Shown here piece by piece: positions 9,552 to 19,691 of a DNA stretch of 64,000 nt (its first letter is position 1; the number at the start of each line of letters is the position of its first letter). The stretch covers positions 32,001 to 96,000 of the forward strand of contig WJMJ01000071.1 of NCBI GenBank assembly GCA_014728035.1, given 5' to 3'. The translations under genes and the position numbers were made by a program. The DNA comes from Promethearchaeota archaeon (GTDB lineage Archaea; Asgardarchaeota; Thorarchaeia; Thorarchaeales; Thorarchaeaceae). The notes under the pieces are model-generated. The model saw only the letters and a program-made list of their open reading frames with translations. It did no database searches and was not told the DNA's origin.

Positions 9552-10518
9552 CTCGTCTTTGAACCGAGTCCATGACTCTCTCTGCAAATTGCTTGTCATC
9601 TTTGAAAGCCCAAGGTAGCTGGAAAAAGAGTTTTTGCGCATCGTTCATCGGCTCCTCCTCTCGGGTTACGAAAGCTTTGAAGATTAATTTGGTCCATTTG
9701 AACATCTTAGATTTATGCCATTTTTCCTTTTGTTCTGAAGAATTAGCTGTCTTAGTTAGATACACGAGACCCTCCTTTGGCCTACCAAGCATCAACTCCG
9801 CAAGAGCTGCCATACATGCAAAAGTGACTGCGTTTTGCATTATTCCGGACTTGATGTAATTCTCAGCCCCTTCTTTGTACTCCTTGAGTTTCTTTGCATA
9901 TAGTGCACGTCCATGATAAATCACCAAATCTTTTGTATCATCTATCTCTGCTTTTTTCAGACTGACTCCTTCGAGCAAACTTGCTTTCAATTCCGCCTGC
10001 ACATCTGAAACTGCAGCTGATGTTAGCTGTTGTTTAACAGCTGAAATAATGCCGTTTCCTGCATCGATGAGTGTTCGTTTTGGGCCTGGTTGCATGACAG
10101 TAGGGTCTCCTTCCTGTAAGGCATTTTCTAGCATCATCCGCGCATAAACAAAAAATTCGTATGCTTTATCGGGCATATTCATTTTTGTAGCAAAAGTAAT
10201 TGCCTTAGATATTGCTATGATTGCATTATCAGTTTCTTTCAGGTTTTCAAAATGAGTTGCAGAATCGACTAACCAGGGAAATGCATCGGTACTCTTTTGT
10301 TTAATTGCATCTTGACCTCTAGAAAGTGATGTATAGGCATCAATACAAATGACTGATAGATCCGAACGTTTGCATTTAGCTTTAACCTCCCCATTGGATA
10401 AAACCACATTTCGCAATTTACAGGAAGGACCTCTTGATGAAGCTTCCAAGAATTTACAATCATCAGTCATAATTTCAGCTCCGGTTATTGAATCTATCAG
10501 GTTGTCTATAGAATTCAT
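9541..10518 (-). CDS. hypothetical protein: Cys-containing N-terminus + TPR/alpha-solenoid-like repeats
   Basis: 325-aa ORF filling the gap, helical Ala/Tyr patterning, four Cys near the N-terminus. Confidence 0.6.
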   Translation of the reverse strand: MNSIDNLIDSITGAEIMTDDCKFLEASSRGPSCKLRNVVLSNGEVKAKCKRSDLSVICIDAYTSLSRGQDAIKQKSTDAFPWLVDSATHFENLKETDNAIIAISKAITFATKMNMPDKAYEFFVYARMMLENALQEGDPTVMQPGPKRTLIDAGNGIISAVKQQLTSAAVSDVQAELKASLLEGVSLKKAEIDDTKDLVIYHGRALYAKKLKEYKEGAENYIKSGIMQNAVTFACMAALAELMLGRPKEGLVYLTKTANSSEQKEKWHKSKMFKWTKLIFKAFVTREEEPMNDAQKLFFQLPWAFKDDKQFAERVMDSVQRRVSQ

Positions 10519-10603
10519 TGTATCATGTACTAAAAAACCAATTCTCGTTGTATCGGTAAGCTTAACAACTATTTACAGTGGTCTGGTGACGAGGTTCTCT
10601 TAA

Positions 10604-10996
10604 TTGACTGACGATGACTCAGAATTGGCTATGATTCGTAAAAAGAAGATGGCCAAACTGATGGCCAAAGAGAAGGCACTCAAAGAAAAGCGTGAACATG
10701 CAGAGAAAGTTCAAAATGAACGAGACCGTCTTCTTAAACGATTTACAGCTCCTGATGCACTTCAATATCTAGAAGGATTATCTAAAACTGAACCAGCTGT
10801 AGCGAAAAGAATTGAAGAGATTCTTCTCTATCTCATAGTTTATCGTGGATTCAGACAGACTATTAGACAACTGGATATTCGTTACATTGAACGACAAATT
10901 AAAGGTGAAGAACCCAAAATCCGTATCCAACGAGATGGCGAAACATCAGATTTTGGATCCTATGTGAGAGAGGCAATAAAGAAAGGAGAAGAATAG
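10604..10996 (+). CDS. PDCD5/TFAR19-like dsDNA-binding protein
   Basis: DSELAMIRKKKMAKL N-terminus, LLKRFTAPDALQYL, PAVAKRIEEILL, KIRIQR. Confidence 0.7.
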   Translation: MTDDDSELAMIRKKKMAKLMAKEKALKEKREHAEKVQNERDRLLKRFTAPDALQYLEGLSKTEPAVAKRIEEILLYLIVYRGFRQTIRQLDIRYIERQIKGEEPKIRIQRDGETSDFGSYVREAIKKGEE

Positions 10997-10999
10997 ATT

Positions 11000-11899
11000 C
11001 TAAGCGAGCGCTTCAGCTCGACCTTTCCACTCTCTTATAGTGTATTTCAATTCTTCCCGATCGCCCTCTTTCTTTCTCCATGCTCCAGCTGTCCTTCTCA
11101 TCTGAAATATTAAAGCACCCCCACGGGCCATTTTTGTTTCTAGGATGTCCACTGCAGTTTCTAGAGCTTTCACTATGTTTTCTGTTCCCTCTGCTTTTTC
11201 TACAATATCTTCTAAATTATCGAAAATATCTGACGGTTCCCAAGTCTTCCATTCCTCCGCTGGAATCTTGACTTCTCTGTATTTCTTTCCGGGAATTGCT
11301 GTTGTACCCTCTCGTAGTTCAACCTCTCCTGCTGACTGAAGTTCATCCAATATTCTCAACGCTTCAGATACATCAATTACCAATGTTGAGGCAATTTCAT
11401 CAATTCTGACAGAACGTCGATTCAATACTATATTTAATATCTTGAATTTCGGATCTCCTACCGCAAGCACCGCATCTCTTAGCGAATCAATAGCTCCGGG
11501 TTCCTGATTTAGCACATCCGTTGCTGCCTCACTCAGAAGTTTCATATCGTCCTTCATTGCAGCTACTCTTCGTTCAGCGGTTTCCAATTTTTCCTTCATA
11601 GAATATTCTGCACCGCCAGGACGTTGCTTTGACATACTAGCAACTTGCTCTGCTTTCATACCTCTAATTTCTGCACCTACTGTATCTAAGGCTCCCTTTG
11701 TTTTTTCCAGCTCTGACCGTAGCATTCTAATTTCAGAATCTTTCTCAGCAATAGTTCGTTCAAGTGTTTGAACAGATTCATTTAGCTTGTGTGCTCTCCT
11801 GTGAGCTCCACTCAGCTGCGCTTCTAGAGAACCTACTTTTTGCTGGAGTGCAGTGATTTGACGGGTCTTATCACGTAATCTCTCTTGTGGGTCGCTCAT
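11000..11899 (-). CDS. coiled-coil + winged-helix + helical-bundle protein
   Basis: ~130-aa heptad region, then KFKILNIVLNRRSVRIDEIASTL...EALRILDELQSAGEVEL (wHTH). Confidence 0.65.
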   Translation of the reverse strand: MSDPQERLRDKTRQITALQQKVGSLEAQLSGAHRRAHKLNESVQTLERTIAEKDSEIRMLRSELEKTKGALDTVGAEIRGMKAEQVASMSKQRPGGAEYSMKEKLETAERRVAAMKDDMKLLSEAATDVLNQEPGAIDSLRDAVLAVGDPKFKILNIVLNRRSVRIDEIASTLVIDVSEALRILDELQSAGEVELREGTTAIPGKKYREVKIPAEEWKTWEPSDIFDNLEDIVEKAEGTENIVKALETAVDILETKMARGGALIFQMRRTAGAWRKKEGDREELKYTIREWKGRAEALA

Positions 11900-11963
11900 T
11901 GCTCATCCCGTTTATACTCCTTCCTCGAAGATTAAAAGGAAATCTAGTGCAGCATCAGTTAAC

Positions 11964-12731
11964 ATGGAGTTATCCTCTTTGAAGCTATTCGATGCTCATA
12001 CTCACATTGATATGAAACATTACAAAAATGATCGCGAAATGGTCATTCAACGCGCGAAAGATACGGGAGTTGTTGGTATGGTCACCTCTTCGATAAATCC
12101 CGGTTCTTTCAGGCGAACCCTCGGTATTGTCCAAAAACATGATACGTATATTTACCATACAGCTGGATGTCAACCATCCCTTCTAAAACCGGCCGAAGCT
12201 GAAAAAATACTTCATCTTATTGACAAGTATGCTGATGACATCGTTGCAATTGGAGAAGCTGGTTTGGACTATCACTGGGTAAAAGACTCTAAGAAAAGAA
12301 AAGCCCAAGAACCGCTCTTTGAAAAATTCATTACTAAAGCACAAGATCTTGGTCTTCCCATCGTTGTGCATGCAAGAAAGGCAGAGGGTAGAGCTGCTGA
12401 TATTCTTGAAGAATACAATATGGAAAATGTGCTGATGCATTGCTATGATGGCCCATCAGAAGTTACACAACGAATTGTCAAAAACAAGTGGTATGTCACC
12501 TTACCTGCGAATTTTGGTAGATATAGAAATCGTGTTCAGGCTGCAGAAATGATCCCATTAGAGTTGATAATGTTAGAAACTGATGGCCCCTATTTATCTC
12601 CAGTTGAAGGAAGGAATGAATCTGCAAATATTATTCATGGTGCAAAATCACTTGCAGAAATTAAGGATATTCCAATAGAAGAAGCAGCCAAAATAACAAC
12701 TGAAAACGCTATTTCTTTCTACGGACTCTGA
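11964..12731 (+). CDS. tatD: TatD family DNase
   Basis: DAHTHID, AIGEAGLDY, LPIVVHAR, MHCY, LETDGPYL. Confidence 0.9.
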   Translation: MELSSLKLFDAHTHIDMKHYKNDREMVIQRAKDTGVVGMVTSSINPGSFRRTLGIVQKHDTYIYHTAGCQPSLLKPAEAEKILHLIDKYADDIVAIGEAGLDYHWVKDSKKRKAQEPLFEKFITKAQDLGLPIVVHARKAEGRAADILEEYNMENVLMHCYDGPSEVTQRIVKNKWYVTLPANFGRYRNRVQAAEMIPLELIMLETDGPYLSPVEGRNESANIIHGAKSLAEIKDIPIEEAAKITTENAISFYGL

Positions 12732-12783
12732 AATCGATGCTCCTAAATGGAATTATGTACAGATTGAAATGGAATGAAATGAA

Positions 12784-13575
12784 ATGTATTCAAGGCGCTA
12801 TATGGACATAGCTTCTGACTCTCTCAAAAATCCGGTTGTTGTATTAGGCATGCCTGGTATCGCAAACGTTGGGACTATCGCAGTTAGGACATTGGTCAAA
12901 ATCCTAGATGCGAAACCCGTACTAGATTTTTTCAGTGAAGATTTCCCTCCAAGAATTATTGTAAGAAAAGGTATCACGCACTTTCCAAAGTCCACTATCC
13001 ATCTCTATCGAGCCGCACCAGATGAACCCCATGATATCCTTGTAGTAACTGCAGATTTTCAACCCTCTTCTGCAGCTGGTGTCTTTGAATATGCTGAATT
13101 CTTAGCACAAGAATTTTCTGCATTGAATGTTTCTTCTCTTTATGCTCTTGCTGCCTATGAGGTTAGTTACGAGAGTTTCTTCGATGCATATCCTTCTCCT
13201 CCTAGAGTCTATGTGTCTGCTGGCTCAGAAAAAACCCTCAGACAATTAGAAATGATCAGTGGAACCATCGTGTCTGAAGAATCTGTGATTAATGGAGCAA
13301 ATGGATTCATTCCAGCATGGGTTTCATCTATGTATGATATGGAAGGTGCTTGTTTATTGGGTGAAACTATGAGTGTCATAAAGAGGGACTTTCGAGCATC
13401 AAAGAAACTCCTTGAAATATTTGCTGAATTAGTGAAAGTCAAACTCGATCTCGAATTGCTTGAAGCTGATGTTCAAAAAGTGAAAGAATTCATTGAATGG
13501 GCTAAAAGTGAGATTTCTGAACGAATACCTCAAAAAGAAAGCGATGAAAGTCCACCAGATCGATATATTGGATAA
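12784..13575 (+). CDS. PAC2 family proteasome assembly chaperone
   Basis: GMPGIANVG, DFPP, ADFQP, CLLGET, terminal HbYX-like RYIG. Confidence 0.85.
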   Translation: MYSRRYMDIASDSLKNPVVVLGMPGIANVGTIAVRTLVKILDAKPVLDFFSEDFPPRIIVRKGITHFPKSTIHLYRAAPDEPHDILVVTADFQPSSAAGVFEYAEFLAQEFSALNVSSLYALAAYEVSYESFFDAYPSPPRVYVSAGSEKTLRQLEMISGTIVSEESVINGANGFIPAWVSSMYDMEGACLLGETMSVIKRDFRASKKLLEIFAELVKVKLDLELLEADVQKVKEFIEWAKSEISERIPQKESDESPPDRYIG

Positions 13576-13584
13576 ATGGACAAT

Positions 13585-13776
13585 CTACTCAACCAAGTTC
13601 GGATGTAGAATATCTGTAACCCACGCATTGCTGTCCAAATTGATGTAGAAATAGTGATCTTTGTGTTTGACACGTATAGTGAATGGAAATCTTTTTGCGC
13701 CTTCAACAATATGTGGTGGAACATCAAGAACAGTTCTTACTCCACATACTGGACATTTTGCGTATCTTTTCATCAT
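13585..13776 (-). CDS. small putative Zn-binding protein (CPxCG...HxDH)
   Basis: CPVCG and HKDH, with a GGGAG SD-like sequence just upstream. Confidence 0.6.
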   Translation of the reverse strand: MMKRYAKCPVCGVRTVLDVPPHIVEGAKRFPFTIRVKHKDHYFYINLDSNAWVTDILHPNLVE

Positions 13777-13823
13777 TTACTCCCTCAAGAGCATATTGTA
13801 TTGATTGGACCTTGGTTTTTAAG

Positions 13824-14228
13824 TTATTCAGCACGGACTTTGCTTTCCGAACTTACTATAATCATTGAATTTACTGGTTCAGCCAGAGAGTCTGTCACAA
13901 GCTTGATGATCTCCTCCGGTGTTTTTGACACGATCTCTGTATCGTCAGTTGCAACAATTCTCAAGTTCTCATATACCCCTGATTCCACAAGAATTCTGAA
14001 ATCTCTATCTGATATTTTTCCTTTGAGGATAAAGAATTTATCAAAATCTTTGAATTCATCTTTTGGCCCTCTAAGAGTAGCTTTTATTTTTTCAATTCTT
14101 GAATTCTCTATGATTGGTTTGAGCAAATAAGCACGAATAATTCTATTTCCAACTTTTCTTCTGATATCTGTAAAAGTTTCTATTGTTCCGTCTTCTAATT
14201 TTAGTTTCCAAGATATCTTTGAACTCAA
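13824..14228 (-). CDS. hypothetical protein
   Basis: 134-aa ORF, TTG start preceded by GGTG, co-oriented with the Zn-binding gene. Confidence 0.55.
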   Translation of the reverse strand: MSSKISWKLKLEDGTIETFTDIRRKVGNRIIRAYLLKPIIENSRIEKIKATLRGPKDEFKDFDKFFILKGKISDRDFRILVESGVYENLRIVATDDTEIVSKTPEEIIKLVTDSLAEPVNSMIIVSSESKVRAE

Positions 14229-14384
14229 TTCAGCACCTTGAGTTTTTTGTTACTATTTTGTAATATAGAGCTATGCTTGTTGTACTGAGAATAGATAGAT
14301 ATTTGACCCGCGGAATATCTTTATTTGGTAGGAAGTAGTCTGTTTCATAGGTATATAGCAAAAGCTTCATGGAGTACAACTATT

Positions 14385-15107
14385 ATGCTACAACCAGTAG
14401 ATTTGGCAATTAGAGAGGTACATATTGGGCTCTGGTTCTTAGTTGTTGGATATTATTTCTACGTCTTCACGTTTCTTCTTATGTTTAGATGGAGAGAATC
14501 AAGAAATCCATTTCAACTAGCTATGGCATTATTCTTTCTATTGTTAGCAATAGGTAGATGTTTCTACTTCGTGGGTGACTTTTATGCTGACCCCAGTTCA
14601 TTGTATAATGATTTGACAAGCGTTTTCGGAATGACACCTTTACTTCCTGATGTGAATCCGTGGTTGGCGGCTGGAGCGTTGTTTCAATGGATGGCTTTAG
14701 CGACTCTTTCTGCTACAGCTGGATTTATGATATTCGGTAAGCGCTGGGCTGAAATCGCTTTTGCAATCCCTGCAATATTAATCGGAATTATTCTTGCAGT
14801 TGTTCCAATGGAACCTCTCGTTAAGGGTATTCTCTCAGGTGGAGCAGGTGCAATTTATGCACTCTTTATCCCGTTGTTGTTTTGGTATCTTGCTTATCAA
14901 TCTGGAGGCATTCTACGAAGATCTAATTTCCTTCTTGGATTAGGGTTTATGGTATTATTTGCTGGTCGCGTTATCCATGCACTTCGACATGCTCTTGCTG
15001 ATGTGATTTTTGGAACATACACAATACCAGGAGTTCTAGCTCCAGGTCTTATTGTAATAGGCCTAATTCTAATTGCTACTGGAAATGAATGGGGCCAAGC
15101 TCAATAG
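14385..15107 (+). CDS. multi-pass (6-7 TM) membrane protein
   Basis: About seven hydrophobic segments. ATG at 14385 with GGAG at 14371. Confidence 0.65.
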   Translation: MLQPVDLAIREVHIGLWFLVVGYYFYVFTFLLMFRWRESRNPFQLAMALFFLLLAIGRCFYFVGDFYADPSSLYNDLTSVFGMTPLLPDVNPWLAAGALFQWMALATLSATAGFMIFGKRWAEIAFAIPAILIGIILAVVPMEPLVKGILSGGAGAIYALFIPLLFWYLAYQSGGILRRSNFLLGLGFMVLFAGRVIHALRHALADVIFGTYTIPGVLAPGLIVIGLILIATGNEWGQAQ

Positions 15108-15129
15108 TCAAAAATATAATTATTAACAA

Positions 15130-15150
15130 GCTCGGGCGAATCGCCTGAGC
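15130..15150. terminator. GC hairpin between convergent genes
   Basis: gctcgggcg-aat-cgcctgagc. Confidence 0.5.
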
Positions 15151-15181
15151 CTGTGAATTTCTTGAATGCAGTATTAGAATT

Positions 15182-15796
15182 TTAGTTTCCTATCTCTTTC
15201 CATTCAAGCATTTCCATGTCTTCTAGTGTATTCAATGCTCGTTGTACGTCTTTTACCTCAACACCTAATTGATCTGCAATTGACCTCGTAGTAAGTTTCC
15301 CTTCGCACATCTTTGCGACATCATAGACTTTCTGAGTCATTTGTCCTAATCGAACTAACATTGGCGATACTTTTCCTTTTAACACTGGAACAATTGTTCT
15401 CAGCTCAGATGCTTTACCATGCTTGGTAATCTCGTCTATCCTTGAAACGAAGTCTTCAAACGGTTCCAAGTTGCCATCCCAATCATCCAGAAGATGTCTG
15501 TACATGTCGATAAATGCGTTGTTAACATCGGCTAGAACCGCCATTGCTGCATTCCCATCATCTACTTTATCTACCGTGGCTGCAACAATAACATTTTCTT
15601 TGAGAGATAGACAAATGTCGAAAGCTCCAAAATCAATAACATGTACTCGATTTCCTTCTGCTAATTCTCGTCCAAATTGAATCAGAGCTGTTAGAAATCC
15701 AGCAATAAGATTTGGATCCATGTCTGCTTTTCCATATTTGCGGTCAACTACGCATAGACCGCTTTCTGCTATCAGGATGTAGACCGCTTGAATCAA
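15182..15796 (-). CDS. longin-domain protein with C-terminal winged helix
   Basis: IQAVYILIAESGLCV, DPNLIAGFLTALIQFGREL, VNNAFIDMY (longin signature). C-terminal TTRSIADQLGV...VQRALNTLEDMEML. Confidence 0.75.
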   Translation of the reverse strand: MIQAVYILIAESGLCVVDRKYGKADMDPNLIAGFLTALIQFGRELAEGNRVHVIDFGAFDICLSLKENVIVAATVDKVDDGNAAMAVLADVNNAFIDMYRHLLDDWDGNLEPFEDFVSRIDEITKHGKASELRTIVPVLKGKVSPMLVRLGQMTQKVYDVAKMCEGKLTTRSIADQLGVEVKDVQRALNTLEDMEMLEWKEIGN

Positions 15797-15964
15797 GGGA
15801 TATCTCTCCTAGTAATGACCTGTTGAGTATTACACACTTGGATATATATCAGTTCTCTATGTTAATCATAAAAGGATATTTCGGTGGTAAAATATCAACA
15901 TCCAAATGATAACAATGAAATGTTTTAGTCTTTCTCATTGATAATGGTTTTAACTTGAAGAAAG

Positions 15965-16687
15965 ATGAAAACAGAATTGGTGGTGAATATGGATACTGCA
16001 AAAGATGCAAGAATACTTGTATTGGAAGATGCATTACGACGATTGAATGAGATAGTTGGTAATCGTAAGCTGAAGTTACATATTGAATATAGTAAATTAA
16101 ATAATGAGCTTAAGAATGCTGGTTCTAGACTATATGAAATCAAGTATGCATATACAGACGCTGAAACCTTGGCTGAATCCGAAGCAACAAAAAGCCTTAT
16201 CGAGTCTATCAAAAATTTCTCAGAAATTGTAAAAAGCTCTATTGCTTCTTCTGGATTCAATCCTTCGACTACCAAGGATCAATTGGTCTATGCTGACTTA
16301 CTATATTGTTTTAGAATTGTAGAAGGTTTTCAAACACGACTTCTAGATTTCGATGAAGATCCAGCTTTTGCAGTTGATATTCTTGCAGTGGAGGTCAGTC
16401 AGATGCAAGATGTATCTGGTTCTGATAACCTCTCAGTGTGTAGATGTACGGATGGTAAACGTATCTGGCGCATAGTAACAAATATTCAAAACATCCAGTT
16501 AGAATCCAAACTTGCTTGCGCCGTTCTTCCACCTGTGGATATGTTGGGAGTTGTTAGTGAAGCAATGTTTTTAGGTGCAACACAACTTGATTCTGAAATT
16601 CCATTAGGGCTATTGAAGGATTGCCCCTCACATGCTTTAGATCAAGCTCGAGCTCAGGTTCTAAAGATAACAAAGAGGATGTCTTAA
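15965..16687 (+). CDS. archaeal tRNA-binding (C-terminal EMAP/OB-fold) protein
   Basis: MDTAKDARIL N-terminus; AVDILAVEV, IVTN, AVLPP, GVVSEAMFLG. Confidence 0.75.
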   Translation: MKTELVVNMDTAKDARILVLEDALRRLNEIVGNRKLKLHIEYSKLNNELKNAGSRLYEIKYAYTDAETLAESEATKSLIESIKNFSEIVKSSIASSGFNPSTTKDQLVYADLLYCFRIVEGFQTRLLDFDEDPAFAVDILAVEVSQMQDVSGSDNLSVCRCTDGKRIWRIVTNIQNIQLESKLACAVLPPVDMLGVVSEAMFLGATQLDSEIPLGLLKDCPSHALDQARAQVLKITKRMS

Positions 16688-17026
16688 TTGCATATTAGAG
16701 AGATTCAAGAAATAAAGCGTCAATTTGAAAAAGAACGAAAATGGGATAAGTTTGCAGCTTCTCAAATCTTCGTTCATCTGATAGAAGAGTTGGGTGAAAT
16801 TTCCCGTCATATCAGCTTTGAAGAAGGATATAAAGAAGTGGGACTTGGGCATGAAGCACCAAATCATTCTGAATTAACTCGTGAATTTGCTCAAGCCTTC
16901 TTTTTGTTCATGCAACTGGTCAATCATTTCAATGTTGATTTGGAATCTAGTATAATATCCGAACTAGAAATCATGAAAGAAAGATTTCCAGCAGAAGAAT
17001 GGGCAAAATATATGGATGGACGTTAA
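16688..17026 (+). CDS. MazG-like nucleotide pyrophosphohydrolase
   Basis: LIEELGEISR, ELTREFAQ, FNVDLE, ERFP. Confidence 0.75.
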   Translation: MHIREIQEIKRQFEKERKWDKFAASQIFVHLIEELGEISRHISFEEGYKEVGLGHEAPNHSELTREFAQAFFLFMQLVNHFNVDLESSIISELEIMKERFPAEEWAKYMDGR

Positions 17027-17271
17027 TCCACAGATTTTACAGATTCAATAGCAAATGTAACTACAGCTCTAATTACTCCCTCCATTGAACGAACCGTGGA
17101 ATTTACAAATTCATTGACCTCTTCCGTGTCTTCTCCTTTCAATATCAACAGAATGTCAAATTCTCCAGTAGTCAACCATCCTTCATCTACAATGTTGTAT
17201 TTTGCAAGGTCTTTCAATATTTCCTCATCTGAGCTTGGGGCAACTGACATACTAACAAAAGCAGTTATCAA
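17023..17271 (-). CDS. stand-alone Lrp/AsnC ligand-binding domain
   Basis: TTGEFDILL and VRSMEGV; no HTH. Confidence 0.75.
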   Translation of the reverse strand: MITAFVSMSVAPSSDEEILKDLAKYNIVDEGWLTTGEFDILLILKGEDTEEVNEFVNSTVRSMEGVIRAVVTFAIESVKSVD

Positions 17272-17426
17272 ATACTTTCCTCCTTACTGTGCGTAAGCTA
17301 CCAATTATGGACTTAACTTTATGGTGTTTTTGAAAGCGGATACACCATCTTATAGTAACTATACGAATGTGTGGAATTTTAAATGTAATCAAATATGCGG
17401 ATAAATATGAGAAATGAAGGAAATGA

Positions 17427-17870
17427 CTAATCCTTCATTTTTCTCCGTTGTTCAAGTGCTTTTTTCGCCATTTCTTCAAGGTCTTTTGTAGCAGCGAGTA
17501 GACCTAGTGCTTTATTCTGAACGACTTTAATCTGTTTTTCTTGAGCCCATTGTGCCAATCCTGTTACCAGTGGTCCCAGAGCTGTTTTTGCTGCTTCAAC
17601 AGTCCCTACCGCCTTCCCCAACAGTTCCACTCCATGCTTCTTGTCCTTTCCAGCTTCAGCAATCCTTAGCCACACTAGGGCATGAATCATGTATAGTGCA
17701 TCTAGCATGAGTGTAGGTGATTTGGGATTGTCCTGTACTTTTTTCAAAAGTCTTTCCTGTCTTTTCTCAAAAACATCTTTGAATAATGAAAAGGCCTTTT
17801 TGTCGTTACCCTTTTCTAATTCCATAATGCCTTTCTGTAGTTTTTCATCGCTTTCGGACAAAACATTCAC
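17427..17870 (-). CDS. hypothetical helical protein
   Basis: 147-aa ORF, all-alpha pattern. Confidence 0.55.
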   Translation of the reverse strand: MNVLSESDEKLQKGIMELEKGNDKKAFSLFKDVFEKRQERLLKKVQDNPKSPTLMLDALYMIHALVWLRIAEAGKDKKHGVELLGKAVGTVEAAKTALGPLVTGLAQWAQEKQIKVVQNKALGLLAATKDLEEMAKKALEQRRKMKD

Positions 17871-18027
17871 CTTCTAATCGAAATTATATTGTCAGTCGAA
17901 TTTGAAACGGATTCCCTGCTATTATGGCTTTCTGCTCTATCGTGAAAAAAGATGCTATCTCGCAATATTTATTATGAGCATATTCCTTTTGCTGATAAAT
18001 CCTATTGCATAACTAGAGGTTGTCCAA

Positions 18028-19620
18028 TTGACCAAGACCACTTTCTCTTTTAAGGAATTGAAACGCACTAATTATCGCGAAATAAAGGAAATGCAAGATA
18101 GAAAGTTCAGAGCTTTCATTAGGTATCAAGTGTGGCCAAATCATCCATATTACCGTAGACTGTTCAAAGAAAATGATATAGACCCCTACAATATTACCTG
18201 CATTGAAGATTGGGCCAAATATCAAATTCCTCTTGTCAAGAAACACGAATACAAGGATAATCTTACCCAATTTGTCTTGAATCCCTCGCAGGTTGAAGGA
18301 GAAGATCGCGAGCCTGCAAAAATAATTTCAAATCTGATGACTTACTCGAAACAATCTGGCAAGTCTTCTGAACATAAGTTCATTCGTAATAATGGCGTTA
18401 GAGTCAAACTACATCTTGGTGCAGATGGTGCGATGAAAAAGCTAAAGGACCATCTTACTTATCGCTATGCTCCTCTTCAATTCTGGTTGAGTTCAGGAAG
18501 AGCATCAGGTCTTCCATCTCCAGTATTTCTAACTCGGTACGATAATGAAATGCTATTCAAGAATTGTGTAAAAGTAGGTCAGATGGCAGTAGATCCTTGG
18601 GCTGAATCTGGTTGGGAATTATCGAGTATGAATCTCTTTCCTTATGCTCCTCATCTTGGATGGCATGCTGTAAATCTTGGTCTCAAACAAATGTCTAAAT
18701 TCTATATTGCTACTAGTGCTGGCGGAGCAATTCCAAGTGAGAAACTTGTTGAGATTGCTAAGTCCTTCAAAGCTAATGGTTTTGCTGGAATGCCTAGTTA
18801 TCTTCGAAATCGCTTTTTCCGAGCAATGAAGGAATCTGATTATGAGGCACCTGAAAAAGTAGTTGTTCTTCTTGCTGGTGAAAAAATCTACGACCCTGTA
18901 GCACAGGACATAACACAAACGCTTCAGGAGAAGGGTGCAAAAGATGTCAGAATCATTGGAGGTTATGCATCATCTGAAAGTAAGATTTCCTTTGCTGTGC
19001 AGTGTGCATATGATGGTCCCTATCATAATGTTTCACCTCTTATGCTCTCCTTCGAGTTCATTGCAATGAATGATGATGGAACATATGATTTTGTAGATGA
19101 GGATGAGTCGGGTCATGTCACTCTATTTCATCTGGACGGTTCTGGTACCATCTTTGAAGGTTTTCTGCTTGGTGATGTTGCTTCCCGTCATGAGAATGGT
19201 CCATGCCCAATATGTGGTATTGATGGTCCCTTCTTTTGGGATATTGGTCGTCAGAATGATGCTGAAGCACAAATTGACATTATGGGTCTCAGCGAGAAAA
19301 AGATCAAAGGCGCTACTGTAAATCTTACAGCTCTTCGAGAGGATCTACTTGGACTTGGTGAAGTTGAGGAAATTCAAGTTGAGGTTGCAAAGGAGAATAT
19401 GTCTGACCCTTATAGTATGGATGTTCTAAATCTCTATGTTGCACCTAAAGGTCCTGTCACAGCAAACTATGACTCATTGATTCTAGAAATCAAACGGATA
19501 ACAAAGAACTCTACCGAAGTCACTCCTAACGTGTTCATCATTTCTTTCGAGGAACTACTTGAGAAAGCGGGTGGAATGAAATTCATGGAGATTTGTGATG
19601 TGCGTCCAAAACCTGCCTAA
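18028..19620 (+). CDS. phenylacetate-CoA ligase-like adenylate-forming enzyme (ANL family)
   Basis: PYYRRLF, IPLVKK, SSGRASGLP loop, GMPSY, AGEK, YASSE, GDVA, IKGATV. Confidence 0.7.
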   Translation: MTKTTFSFKELKRTNYREIKEMQDRKFRAFIRYQVWPNHPYYRRLFKENDIDPYNITCIEDWAKYQIPLVKKHEYKDNLTQFVLNPSQVEGEDREPAKIISNLMTYSKQSGKSSEHKFIRNNGVRVKLHLGADGAMKKLKDHLTYRYAPLQFWLSSGRASGLPSPVFLTRYDNEMLFKNCVKVGQMAVDPWAESGWELSSMNLFPYAPHLGWHAVNLGLKQMSKFYIATSAGGAIPSEKLVEIAKSFKANGFAGMPSYLRNRFFRAMKESDYEAPEKVVVLLAGEKIYDPVAQDITQTLQEKGAKDVRIIGGYASSESKISFAVQCAYDGPYHNVSPLMLSFEFIAMNDDGTYDFVDEDESGHVTLFHLDGSGTIFEGFLLGDVASRHENGPCPICGIDGPFFWDIGRQNDAEAQIDIMGLSEKKIKGATVNLTALREDLLGLGEVEEIQVEVAKENMSDPYSMDVLNLYVAPKGPVTANYDSLILEIKRITKNSTEVTPNVFIISFEELLEKAGGMKFMEICDVRPKPA

Positions 19621-19691
19621 AGTATCCAAATTATCCTGTTCAATGACGTTATAAGCACGTCTTCTCAAGAAATCTCTGAGGAGGAACCTTA

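Noticed and set aside
13654-14130. 158-aa plus-strand ORF
   Set aside because: Overlaps two minus-strand ORFs that have SD-like signals and more protein-like composition.
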